From contig JALJEE010001592.1 in assembly GCA_023231475.1 (NCBI GenBank), positions 1-42,388 on the forward strand: DNA of 42,388 bases. Direction: 5' to 3'. The stretch's first letter is position 1. The number at the start of each line of letters is the position of its first letter. Shown piece by piece: positions 12,329 to 24,836 of the stretch. The notes under the pieces were generated by a model. The model worked only from the letters and a program-made list of their open reading frames with translations, ran no database searches and was not told the origin of the DNA. The DNA comes from Seison nebaliae. Taxonomy: Eukaryota. Made by a program: the position numbers and the translations under genes.

Positions 12329-13853
12329 TATGAATTGAATAAACTTTGATTAGGATGAATGAGAAAATAGGACATAATATCATGTGATGTGTATGATGAA
12401 GAATTATTTTTTTTTTAATTATTCACTTCAATTTCCACCACCATTCAATTCACCAAGTGCACGTCTCCTCCCGAAGATACGTCGATTTACCAGAAATGTT
12501 TTCTTTCTCCCATCACAATTTCTCTACATTGTATTTTGTAAATAAATAAAATTTTATTAATTTCTTCTTTCAATTTTATGGGAATCATATCCCTTCTCCG
12601 TCTGGCTCTCCACTCATTCGATGAATAAAACGATGTTTCTAATTATGTTTTCTCTCATTTTCGTACATGTAAAGATTATGCAATTCGTAAAAGAAGAGAT
12701 GTGAATGCTCATCTGTTTAACTCATATTTCACCAGAGTTTCCTTCCTATCAACTCTCACACTCTCCGAAACATCTGATGAATATACTATCACGATGGTGC
12801 TACTCTACTTACTCCTAATCCAACATTACATTACCTTATCTGCAAACTCGTTCTACAGCGCCGTGGAAGAATTTCCACAACACATTTTCGTTTGTTGAAA
12901 GAAAAAAGTGAAGAGGAAACGTAAACGGAAATGATCAATTCTCGGTCTGGTTCTAAACCGCAGAAAAGAGCATTTTCCTGATCATTAGCAAAAGGAATTG
13001 TGTTCCATTTCCATAACCATCTTCCAAATTATATCGCCGTTACATCTGCCAAACGTAACGGATTTATATAAGATCTACATATCATTATCTAATAAACGGT
13101 CAGCAATTTATTTTTGAATGAAATTTATATAATAAAAAAACATACGATATCTACTACCGCTACCATCGCCACTAAATAGACTTAAGAATATTATTTTATG
13201 ATTGAAATCGATTCACTTTCTTCTTATCATCTTAATATGAAATTTTTAATTTGGAGATTCTCTGATGGAATTACTCGATTATTTGGACTAGAAACCAATT
13301 TAATATCGTTTAACCATCCCACCGTTTCTTGTTCATTCAAATCATCAGAATCGAAAAAGAAATTTATCATAAAGAATTTATTCAATCTTTGTGATACATA
13401 TCAATGATAAGCATCCATCTGTTCATGGGAAAAGTTAATTATTTTATAATTTCTTCTCCTTCGTCAGTTAATTAGCAAAAAACACATCTTTATTTTCTGA
13501 CTATACACATTGATCGACTTAATTTATCAGAGGAGTATACGTTGAACTATTGGAATTATGCATCAAATTCTCATCCTCCTCCTAAACGTAAAATCATCGT
13601 AGCCTTGTACTCTTCACCCCACAAACTCAAACCATTATTGAGGCTATCCAGTACAATTTTTGAATTGTTGATTTATTTGAAAGTTAAAAGATTTGTATGA
13701 TAAACTAAAATATAGAAATTCAGATGATAATTAAGTTAAGAAATGAGAAAATGTGTTTTTTGTGTTTTTACATTTATGGAAAAAGTAAAAAATTCTTTTA
13801 GAAAGGAATTCTGCTCTTTTTTTGATTCATTTCTTTTCGTGATTGTTGGTGGG

Positions 13854-15791
13854 CTATTGACGTGAGAATAGTTGGAAAAGGTATGATCGAAATTGTGAAC
13901 CGGATAAGCAAACGATGAGAAATGTTGAATGATTAAGATATTCACATTCTTCGATGATGAAACGAGCAAGAATTGAATTTTTGCTGAGTTTAAACGCATT
14001 ATCCAAGTGAATTGGTCCATTTAATAAGAGGAATTCTAATGTTAAAGTTATCAATATAATTGAAACATTCGCTTCTTTACTCATATGAATAAAACTCGAA
14101 GACTTCCTTCGACCTGCTAGAGATCTGCCGTTAATTGTTCGTTTCGACTTCAATCTTGGTAGACTCTTCAAATTCCTTTTTTGTCGATTTAAATTTTTCA
14201 ATTTTATCGAATCTCTTAACGAACTCGTTTTTCGATTAATTTTCGACGGAATAATCGTATTATCGACTTTCAAGTTTGGATTTGTCGAGCCTTTTCCATT
14301 AGCCAGTTCGTTCTTAATTATCGTTTTGTTGTTTGTAATTCCTGATTCCTGATTATTTTTCTTTTCACAATGATTTCCATAATTTTCTCCTAGACAACCG
14401 TTTGCCGATGTTCTTTTAAAAGTGGCATTGCTAGACGATTCAGTGAAAACAGAATTACTTTTAGGTAAAGACTGTTGAAGATCTGATTCCGATTGATCAG
14501 TTATCGTATTGATGGTTCGACGTCTTCGTTTTGATGGAACACATAACGATGTGGATCTAGTATAATATAGACTGGCTGATTTCCAACTATTCTTATTTGA
14601 CTCTTTACTCTTTCCTTCACTCTTCAATAGAACCATCGAGGGATCTTTTAAGAACGATCCATTTTGACTTCCGTTCTCATTAATCGACAAAGAACCACCA
14701 CAACCGTTAGCATTCACCATTGGTATGATTGGTGTTGAATCAGTGAGTAATAATTGTCTTTTGAAAATTTTCGAAGTTTCGTTCAGGAATGACGATAACA
14801 TTTTTTTCGTATTTTTCGTCTTCCTCTTATTCGTCCGTGCTGCCATGATACACATATGATAGACAATAATCACATTAGATATGACGAGAATGGTGAATGG
14901 TATGATTGTGTTATAAGTGAGCACAACATAAAAATGGACATTCCGATCATATGTTGCATATTTAGGGAATCTTTCCTTATGAATTTTACAAATGAATTTT
15001 GATTCGATTGTCGATGTCACCGTATTCAAATTATTTGCAGGTAATAATGAATTTGTGTCTGATAATTTGTTGGTGAAGGATTGATCGGGGAATATATTCC
15101 ATGGAATTTTATTTAACGATTCGATTGATATCATCGTCTCTGATCTTGGATACATGATGTGATGTGGAAGATAAATGTAATGTTCATAACTCTTCAACGA
15201 CGATGTGAGAGTGGTTAAGGCTGTTGATGGTATAGGTGCCGTTGCTTTACCTCCATCGATACTCAATCGATTGTGTGACGTATAATAACCGACGACGATG
15301 AGTTGAGGAATATTGACGACAGCTGCCACCACAACGAGAACGATAATTGATGAAATGCAAACAACATTTGTACATATCCTCGAGAATTTTGTGTAGAAAA
15401 AAATACTAATGCATCGATAAACCGTCACGAGAATTAATAACCATATCGAACAATTAATTGTGGTGTATTTGATGAATTTATGCCATCGACATAATATCAT
15501 TGAATATTTTCTTATATCTAACTGGTAACCGTAACGTAATATGTCACGAATGGCACTGACGAACACAAATATCACGTCGTTAATAGCGATACTGGCGAGA
15601 ATGATATTTATATTCGAGTAGCGAATCATTCGAATTTGACATAGTACCGCTAAGGATAACGCACTGGAGACAAGGCTGATACCAATGAAGAAGATGCCCA
15701 ACCAAAAATATAAGGAGGAAATTATCTCTTCAATAGACAATTGTTTTCTATGATCTTTCAACAATTCCAATGACGATAAACTAAGATTCAT
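13854..15791 (-). CDS. Intronless rhodopsin-family (class A) GPCR, FMRFamide/sex-peptide-receptor-like group
   Basis: Seven hydrophobic segments; TM2 LASIAIND, Cys at the start of TM3 (LCRWHKF), SIWLLILVTVYRCISI, TM4 VNIP, TM5 IIPFTILVISNVII, TM7/helix 8 LNHSTFLIVCLSGSQFR (cf. NxxxNFxLYCLSGxxFR of invertebrate peptide receptors). Confidence 0.9.
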   Translation of the reverse strand: MNLSLSSLELLKDHRKQLSIEEIISSLYFWLGIFFIGISLVSSALSLAVLCQIRMIRYSNINIILASIAINDVIFVFVSAIRDILRYGYQLDIRKYSMILCRWHKFIKYTTINCSIWLLILVTVYRCISIFFYTKFSRICTNVVCISSIIVLVVVAAVVNIPQLIVVGYYTSHNRLSIDGGKATAPIPSTALTTLTSSLKSYEHYIYLPHHIMYPRSETMISIESLNKIPWNIFPDQSFTNKLSDTNSLLPANNLNTVTSTIESKFICKIHKERFPKYATYDRNVHFYVVLTYNTIIPFTILVISNVIIVYHMCIMAARTNKRKTKNTKKMLSSFLNETSKIFKRQLLLTDSTPIIPMVNANGCGGSLSINENGSQNGSFLKDPSMVLLKSEGKSKESNKNSWKSASLYYTRSTSLCVPSKRRRRTINTITDQSESDLQQSLPKSNSVFTESSSNATFKRTSANGCLGENYGNHCEKKNNQESGITNNKTIIKNELANGKGSTNPNLKVDNTIIPSKINRKTSSLRDSIKLKNLNRQKRNLKSLPRLKSKRTINGRSLAGRRKSSSFIHMSKEANVSIILITLTLEFLLLNGPIHLDNAFKLSKNSILARFIIEECEYLNHSTFLIVCLSGSQFRSYLFQLFSRQ

Positions 15792-17449
15792 TTTTCGGAT
15801 GTGAAAATAAACAGAAAATTTCTTATTTGAAATAATTTCCTCTTTTCCTTTGATTAATTAACAGATAATCGTTCCAATTATTCGAAAGTTCTTCATTAGA
15901 TGTATTGGATGGTTGGAGTTTTAGTTCGACATATTTACTGTTGGTGCATCTGTCATTTCTTCAATCACCATCTGCCATACACATGTATCATGAACGAATA
16001 ATGATGATTTGATAGAAATATCATTTGAACTGATTATAAAAAATAAATATTAATCTTTAATTGGATTTGTATATGTAGAATGTTTGAATGTTTCTAAAGG
16101 AAAAGTTATTCTCTAACAAAATTTAATGGAAAATCATCAATATATGAGCATATGTGATATCAACATTTCATAGAGAAAATTCCCAATTTCTTTATGGGAG
16201 AAAAAAAAGAGGGCGAAAAACAACTAAAACTACACCATCCATTCTTCTCAAGGAAAATACAAGTAAATTGGTTTCGATATTCTCCTGGACATTTCCAAGG
16301 AATTTTATGAATCTTACTTGCACTACTTGAGAGGATGAATTTAAATTAAAAATAAAAATTCTTCAAAAACAAAACTTTCTAACACAGAAAATTTCTCCCA
16401 ACAAATATTCAACAACAATATGAAGAATCGTCGTAATATAATCGGAATTTTCACTGCAACTTCCTGCCAATAATGGGAAATGAAGAATTATAATCGAAAA
16501 CTAATTTAAAGAAAGGACATGAGAAATTGTAGTTCTCGGAAGATACGCCCTAAGAATTTTCAATGTTTCATCTAAAATATCATCATTCAAATCATACGCA
16601 GTCGGTTAAGCATTTCTTGACGTAATAAGTTTACGGACAATTAAATTCTTCTAATATAAATTTGAGTCAATATTTGAAAGAGTATATTAATCTTTTTCCT
16701 ATTGATAAATATTTAGTTAATACATCGAAAAAACGATGACTAAATGAAAACGAATGTCATTTCCATGTCGTTGTTATCCATTCGTTTCATTTCATGCAAT
16801 ATACCTCTCTAGGAACAAATTATGAGAATTCTTATGAGATATTTATAGTTTAACACGTAGTGAATGAATTTTGAGGAATTTCTAATGTGAGGTTTTCTAA
16901 TACTATAAGGTTATTTGAGAGTTATTGTTCCTTTATGAATAATATTGAACGTGATCGTACACATGAAAATCTCGACATTCAACTAAATTAAGTAATAGAA
17001 AAAAATTTGATTAACGGAACAATAATTTGGGGTGAAAGGCAAAAAAAAAGTGCAAAGAATTGTTTCGCTTCTTTTACGTTTATAATTCAATTAATAATAA
17101 GATTGATCAAGTTTAGGTCGAAGATTTTGGTGTTTGAGATTACTTCTTCCTGCTCTTTTTTATAGTAACAACTTATTGTCCATTTCGATTAACATAAAGA
17201 ACTAGAACTAAGTGAGAGCAAAAATTTAATATAACATAAATAAGTATTAAGTACATTATCGGGAAATTTAATTAATGACAGTCGCAACGCAATTTGGTCC
17301 ACCAAAATAATATTTGACATGAACGGGGAACAATCTAAATGTAAATGAAGTAATATTTTGGCAATAAAATGTTCATTCAAACAGTCAAAACTTATTACCC
17401 TTATTCCCATTCAATACCAAAAGAACACTTAGGAAATTTATTAGAAATT

Positions 17450-18640
17450 GACGACGTCACAAAACAGAAACTTTTTACTAATCACACTTAATAATTTGAA
17501 TTCCTTCAAAAACATTCAATATCATATAACTACATTTCCCGTTATGAAACAATTATTGTTAATGAACTTAAACACTAATAGAGCAACCTAAACAAATTTT
17601 TCGAGAATAGACCAAATCGAAGAAGCTTTTTCTGTTCATAAATAAAGTTGTTGAATAAATTTCTTTCTAATTTTTATCCAAACGAAAACATTTAAAACCT
17701 ATTATGTAAGATTTAATAACCCGATTCCGGTTACCGAAAACATTTGACGATGAAATTAATAAAAATAAATTTTGCCAGAAATTGACCCCATTGAATCTGT
17801 ATAGAAAGTATTATTCGTTGGCGTTCAAAACAAACAAATATATATAATCTTCTTTAGAACGTGATATTGTTGTGTAAGAACATCTCGTAATAGTAAGAAC
17901 ATCTTTTCGTTGAGTTGTATTATGATGTAAATGATTAACAACTAAAAATATGTGAATGTTGGAAAAAATTGTTTTTCGAGAATAGTGGCAATTCTCCCGA
18001 AGACCAAAAGAAAAAACTTTTCTTATAGAAACAACTAAATCTAAAAGAATCTGATGTAGGTTTAGTTTTTAGCTAGTCTAACAAGTAATGAACTAAAGGA
18101 TATTCTGTTGATTAGCCGGACATCTTACATGATTTATGGTCATTAATCAACAACGAAACTTTTAATTGATCACTTATTGCCTTTCAGAAACATGTCGGTT
18201 CAATAACGATTTCAAACACTCCATTATATTCAATCGTCAAGTTCGTGTTAATGATTAAAACCGGAAATTAAGGCAGGATGAAAAAGAATGACAATTTTAG
18301 AATTAGGGTTTTTTCCTTTTCTTCTTTCTCCATAATAAAATTATCAAGAATATTAGTGGACATTGGAGAAGATATGATGAATCCATCCGATGATGACCTG
18401 AAGTCTTTTCATATCCTTTTGTTGTTGATTATTAAAGAAAAGGAAAGAATATCGTCTCCATAAGTTTGTAGAAAGAATGTTCCTTCCCATGTAAACTTAT
18501 TCATATGAGTCGTCGTCTTCGAAGTCGTATGAATTCGGCAAAGGCGAGAGATGTTGACAGAGAATCTCAGTCTATAACTGCCAAAACAATCGGACTATAT
18601 TACATAATTTTTTAATACCAATCCTACATTTTCGGAACTG
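17450..18640 (-). mobile_element. Decayed Penelope-like retroelement (RT followed by GIY-YIG endonuclease remnant)
   Basis: Frame-shifted, stop-ridden pieces occur in the expected order on the minus strand: KFTWEGTFFLQTYG (~18500-18455), DGFIISSPMSTNILDNFIMEKEE (cf. DGxxMGSPLSxxxANxFME, ~18390-18320), NLTIEY (~18240), SFSSLLVRL (~18090), LRENCHYSRKTI (cf. LxxNxYP, ~18000), GSISGKI (~17780) and NVV/YDIEC with a 1-nt frameshift (17537-17512; cf. GIY-YIG NVVYxIxC). Boundaries are approximate. Confidence 0.6.
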
Positions 18641-19329
18641 TAATTGCATATATTCTATCAATTCAAATGGAAGAAAACTATTCTTGATGAGACATTGTCG
18701 AATTATTAAATATTTGTGGCAAAACTTTCCGTTCTGTTGAACCGCAGTGAAAGAAATTCGGTGGAAATGATATCGTCTTCATTGCATAATACATATTCAT
18801 TGAATCAATAGAAATTGAAGAAGATATACATATTATGATCATTGGCCATTGTTGGGAGAAACATTAGAACTCTGTGGGAATAAAAGAAACTATTTTAATA
18901 AATCTCTAATGACGAATTTTAACGTAACCAAACTAAATTTATGGATATGAATATGGAGGATTAATATTATAGCATTATATTTGTTTTTAAAATAAACAAA
19001 AAATAATTTCATTGGTAAAATCATCTTACTCAATGAAATATGTACTCAAATGAGAATATTTTACTGATTGAAACCAGCAGGTACTGATTGAAACATCCTA
19101 TCTAAAACAAATAGGATGTGGATAATTTTTAAAGATAACGGTTAATTGAAAGAGGACAATACAATAATGATAAATAAATTCCATAATTTCTTACATAAAA
19201 TAGAAAATCTTTCAAAAAATAAAACATCAGTGTCTAGGAGAGATTCCCAACGGATTCTCCACAAACTTCTCGCTAGTTGATATTATGCTAACTTCGTTCA
19301 ACCCACCCAACATTCAAGTTCAAATCCCT

Positions 19330-19620
19330 TGCACACAAATGTCTTACAGGCTCAACTTAATAAGACCAATTATTGCACAGGAGAATAGTCGAGAAGTTTT
19401 ATCGATAATTGTCCTAATATGCCATAAATGGAAATTATGCACTAAAAGCCTCCGATTCTACTATTGTCGAACACAGAGAAGTTCATTCTACTTGTATTGT
19501 AAGACAATTTAGACAAGAATGATTTGTGGAAATAAAAAATTGGAAATCTAAATATTATATGTTAGACAGGTTATCTATCACGAAAGTTGAATGATATTGG
19601 TATCTTGTGAAGCAAAAGTA
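19330..19620 (+). mobile_element. Possible degenerate integrase zinc-binding fragment (Gypsy/Ginger-like)
   Basis: Allowing two 1-nt insertions, 19378-19435 reads RRIVEKFIDNCPICHKWK, like the 'VxxFIxxCxxCQ' half of an integrase HHCC domain. Flanks are uninformative. Confidence 0.3.
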
Positions 19621-22600
19621 ATAGAAAAAGTAAATTGAATTTAGGAAATGATCTAATAACAATTCTCCTATATTGTTATGTTCGATAAGATGCGTTAATG
19701 TTTGACGATGAAATATGAAGGAAACGAAAGCAAGACAGTGAGAATGACTTTAACACTTGTCCACCATCAATATCTATTGGACATTTTATAAAGAATCTAA
19801 TCATTCACTTATTGATTTAGGCCAGAATTGGGATCGAAAATTACATTTCCAAATATTCCCTTGAATCCATTATTTGATGATTATATGAAATGATCGTTAA
19901 GTTTTTGTATTATATTCCTTTTAATACATATCCCGTATCATGTATGAGGTATATGGAAAGATATAATTACCAACAAATTGGAATTACACATAAAACGAAT
20001 TTTTGTCCATTTGGCAAATAAATTTATTCATGGATTTATTCAGACCAATGCATTCTGTTTGCAAATAATAATAATATAATTTTTTTCGAACATATTTACA
20101 TGTCACCATACGGAAATTGACGAACCATTATCTTACTAATGACGTAAAAAGGAGATTATTTTTAAATTATGATATATTTAATGGAATCATCTACAAACTT
20201 TCCTCTCACTTCAAATTCCTCAAATATAATCAACTCAATATCAACATCCATACCTTAAGATAATAATGTGATGATAAGTTTTGAGATTTTTTGTCTAACA
20301 TCTCATCAAATTTACGTAAGAGATGCATCTAATGTTGATAGAATTGTAGATCCGTCATATTTATTGTCGCATGACAATCAAACTCAACTTCTTTCTGACA
20401 GCAATCAGTATTGTTGATTATAGTCTCACCGACTTTCTTTCCAACACTTTGCACATATTTCTGCATTTTATTCAGTGAGGAATAAAAATAAAATTTTGCA
20501 TATAATTTTTATTTTTTGTTAGCTTTTTTATCATTCATAATCATTCCACATTCTGCTCATTATCATTTTCTACACTTCCTTCCACTTCCGTATTATTTGT
20601 ACCGAATAATTGAACATTGATATTCCTTAATCGTGAAGACAAATGCACTTAATTAAAATTCATGGATTCGGTTAAGAAATATCGTTGACTATCAATTTGA
20701 GACATTTCACCTAGGCGGTTCCTGTTTACTCACTTTCACAAGAATCGGATGTGGAAATGTAAGGACAACGGTAAACATAATATAACCGAGAAAATTTTTT
20801 TAAAATAATGATTAAGAAATAGAGTAGAAATTGATCAACTTCCATTAGTCAATTTGAATAGACGAGATATTCGATTAAAAATTGTTTCACGCTCAATAAA
20901 AAATTTTCCTGTCAACACCACAAAATTTTCTTTTTTCCACGAGCAGCACAAAATTCTGTGAAAATTCATTAAGTCTTCCATCTTCATAAATAAGAAATTT
21001 CTGATATTCACTCTCAACTGATGATAAAAAGTCAAATCTGGTTATGGATCTGTACTCACTCATGTTTCAACAGACTTCCATTTTCTGTTTTGGAGAGAAA
21101 TTCATTCTAAATTCATCATAGTTTTAACTCTGCTGAAAGAATTTCATAAAGCGTATGCAACTAACACGACCTTTATTCAGCTAATATTAACTGAAAAATT
21201 CAAATTTGAGAAGTGAATTCTAAATATCTATTCAATTCACAAAATATAATTACAAAGAAAAATGAAAAATTTATTAAAAGTTAGAGATGAGAAATTATAT
21301 TTTAAATTTATAATTAATGTTTAAAATACTAAAACTCCGAAATGATGGAAGTCCAGCCGAAATCTTATTGGAAAGACTCATATTTTGGTAAATTCCTCTA
21401 CACATTTAATTATTCAGTTTTTATTACCGTCTGCATAATATACAATATCAATCATTTGAACCGAAACGTTCTCCGAAAACAAGAAAGAGGGAAAATTCCT
21501 GCACAAAGCATTTTCCTCACCGGGATTCTTCCGAATCAATAAGTGATGTTTCGAACGAGAGCTTTCCCTAATAATAATAAAACCAAAACTACTCTGCTTC
21601 CGCTGAAGAATGATTAAAGACACCTTCAGCACAAGAACCATGAGAGATGGATCTTTACGCTTTGAGAATTATTCATTCATGTGATTATAATATAATTAGG
21701 TTAAATAAAATGGAGTAACCACCTGAAGAATTGCCTACAAATTTATCCTAAATTGCTTCCATCGATATCTCGTCTTATTAGAGGTAATATGATGATGAAG
21801 GATGAGAAAAGAAAGGAAAATTCCAAATGAAGAAACATGAAACATTCAATTATAATAGAATAAGAGAATTGAGTTGTGAAAAGGAAGAAAGCAATTTCGT
21901 TATCTTATTATTGGTGATGTCCAAACAATTATCTGGTTAATTAACATTTATTTGATGTTCGAGATAATATTACAATGGGAATAAAGCATCTTTTATTTCG
22001 ACGATTTTAAAGTAAACATTGGACATAATTTCCAATAGTATCTTAATACTGTCAAAGCTGCTGGCAATATGTTTCTCCTTCGTGTGTGATGATCCTTCAG
22101 CGAAGAAGAATTATTGGCAGTCTTCTAGAAGAATGTGGAGATATATAACAAAGACATCTTGATGAAGATACATAGAACTATATTCTCCTTAATTGATATG
22201 GAATCAGGGAGATCATTCGTAATAATGATTAGAATCAATGCACATATTATCGAAGACCATGGTCATTTGAATAATAGATATTCGATAACAGCACTTGGCA
22301 ATATTATCATTTATCATTCAATTCTCATTCGACATGAATGGACCTTAGTGTATGTTGACAATTAATAAAATTACAGTGATAACAATCGCTAGGCGATGTT
22401 TGGCTTTCGATCATTGGGAAAATATCGTATAAACCTTTCCGATCGTTATCTTCCAATATCTATTAGATATGCTCATTTTATTCAGGAGAAAGAGAGAACG
22501 GAAATCTTTTATAAATCAACTTATAATCGAAATTTATTCAATCGAATTCCATTTACAACAATGAAAAATGATGAATAAAAAGAACGTGTCGAGACTTTCG

Positions 22601-22838
22601 ATTATGTGAATTTCTTTAATGTTCTTATCATAACTTTAGAATAAACTACTGAAAACTTTCATTATTATTCCTAATAATAACGTTAAGTGAGCTATAGAAG
22701 AATATTCGTTGAAACGGCGATTCTTCTCAATCACTCACTGAAATATCCTTCGATATTACACCGAACTGTAACGAAAGAAGAACAATATTGAAACTGTAAA
22801 TAATAAGTGTTCGGTGGAAGTATTTTGGATGGGAAATT

Positions 22839-23382
22839 GATTCCAGCTATTCAAGGCATCTTTTTAAATTTTTTTCCAAAAATTGGAAAATTTGTACATA
22901 AAGACACCCTCTTTTCTACTTATTTTTTATGAGAGAAAGAGAAATAGATAAGGATTTTTTCTTTTCTTATACAAAGAAATAAACGGATAGAAAACAATCA
23001 AGTCAATTTCTATAATATGTAGTCAGGTGTTAGAAACAAAGAGGTACTTTTGTTCGTGCGAGTTACGTAGTTTGAATTTTTACGAAATATTATATTTGTG
23101 GAAGTTTTTTTGGAGAGACGGAAGGAGAGACGAAAACAGCTTTTTAATAAAAAACATGAAAGCGGAACTTTTGTTTGAAAAGAATTACCCATTGTTGCAA
23201 TTGGGGGATTGGGGGACCCTATATAAAAATTTTGTAGAGGACAGTTCTCAACCCAAAAAAGGACAGTCAACCTTTTAAGAAAAAAAGATAGTTTTCAACC
23301 TCAAAATATATTGAAAATTTAACTGGAAAGGTAGTAATCGTACATAAGAATTCTCCAAAGGATAGTTATTAACTCATAATTA
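22839..23382 (+). repeat. Left terminal inverted repeat with GGACAGTT-like sub-repeats
   Basis: Two blocks match the right TIR, separated by ~250 nt that has no counterpart on the right. The motif ggacagt(t)..caacc recurs at ~23239, 23261, 23287 and 23383. Confidence 0.8.
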
Positions 23383-23964
23383 GGACAGTTCTTGACTTAG
23401 TTTTTCAATGGTTTTTAAATTTAAGAAATAATATGTCTGTCACTTTATGCAGTTCATTAGATAGGTTTATCTGGAATAATGATTCCAGGTTAAAGATTAC
23501 AAACTAAAAACGCAACTAGAATTATATTATAAAATATATATTACCATAAAAAACAAAATTTGCTATCTATCTAATTGCTTCTTCTATCGTTATTTGCTAA
23601 ATCTTCAACATTAAACTACTAAAGAAATGGAGAATTTGGAGATCAAGGAGATTTTTACAACCAAATGAATCCGTTCCTCAGGAATTCTTTGCAACATCTG
23701 CACCATCTTCAACTATCTCATTATAATTTTCAACCACATCAAAAAGAGGAAAACATTATCCGTGAAAGATGAGAAATTAAAAAAATTAGTAGTCAATTTT
23801 AGCATAAGAAATATATCTTCTTTTTTGTGGAAATCGATACTATATTTTATGAAAGTTAAATTCCATTGAAATCTCTATTTTTTGAATCTCAAACAATAAA
23901 TAACAATCTTCTTAATTTTTTATCGGAACAATTTAAAATCTTAAATTCTTTAAAATCAATTTTG

Positions 23965-24450
23965 ATACCGGCTTTCTCCTCCATAGCAGCAAGGAACACA
24001 TCGGATATGGTTTTGCGTTTCTCCTTCAATTATGTTTCTTTTCCACCGTGTCGGTATCACTCGATCACACTCCGGGAACTCCTTTCCTGGCCAACAATGG
24101 CGTCAGATAAGGTTCCATCCTGGGACCTTGGCTTTTCGGCCTCACTCTTGACTAGGTCATTCTCCAATTGAATGAATTTTACAACAACAACATTAATTAA
24201 CGCTGACGACATTCTCATATTTGATACTTCTGCACGACAACTCATTCGAATTCGCGTAAGAACACAGATTCTCTTGGCGGAAGTGTCAATTAAGATAAAT
24301 CCGACGAAAACTGTTGTCCTTTCCACAACTCCCTCTCTGCTGAGGAATATCTCTCTTTCTCCTGCCCCAAATCATACGTTTCTAGGAGTTCTTCTCGATT
24401 CCAAAATGATGGCAACACGATGTAAGTATCTTCCAATCCGAATTCGGGTA
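23965..24450 (+). pseudogene. Non-LTR retrotransposon reverse transcriptase fragment (inactive)
   Basis: GVR*GSILGPWLF (24099-24137; cf. GVPQGSxLGPxLF, Q codon now TAA), a frameshift, then NADDILIF (24199; cf. YADD), IKINPTKT and TFLGVLLDSKM. These are LINE RT motifs in correct order and spacing. Confidence 0.85.
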
Positions 24451-24505
24451 ATAATAAATTTGGAAAAATCTTTATTCTTATAATTAATTAACTCATATAA
24501 TTACA

Positions 24506-24836
24506 TAATTATGACTTATTAATTGTCTTTTTGAGAATTTTTATGTACGGTTACAATCTTTTCATATTTTTCTGGATTCTAGACCAGTATGTTTTGAGGT
24601 TGAAAACTGTCCGAAATTGAGAAAAAAAAGTTGAAAATTTCAAACACTTGTGTACATAATATAAAAATTGACTTGATAGTCTTCTATCCGTTTATTTCTT
24701 TGTATAAGAAAATAAAAAATCCTTATCTATTTCTCTCTCTCTCATTAAAAGTATGTAGAAAAAAAGGGTGCCTTTGTGTATAAATTTTCCATTTTTTAGA
24801 AAAAAATATAAATAGATGCCGTAAAACCCGAAACTC
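24506..24836 (-). repeat. Right terminal inverted repeat
   Basis: Reverse complement of the two left-arm blocks. Confidence 0.8.

Larger units (their letters stand above)
22839..24836. mobile_element. ~2.0 kb non-autonomous DNA transposon with long terminal inverted repeats (Mutator/Foldback-like)
   Basis: 22855-23036 is the diverged reverse complement of 24638-24820 (perfect 31-nt core 22962-22992 / 24682-24712). A second inverted block pairs 23287-23382 with 24506-24611. Weaker similarity extends to 22839/24836, flanked by a candidate 8-bp TSD gggaaatt (22831-22838) / gagaaatt (24837-24844). Confidence 0.85.

Noticed and set aside
9467..12338. Plus-strand ORFs antisense to the 957-aa ORF
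   Set aside because: Shadow ORFs expected opposite a long coding frame; no independent features.
12863..12878. Small perfect hairpin gtggaa-gaat-ttccac
   Set aside because: A 6-bp stem is expected by chance in 42 kb.
20700..22400. Short ORFs (20835-21035, 21342-21542, 21414-21641, 22135-22365)
   Set aside because: No recognisable motifs or consistent exon chain. Possibly decayed repeats, but this cannot be supported.
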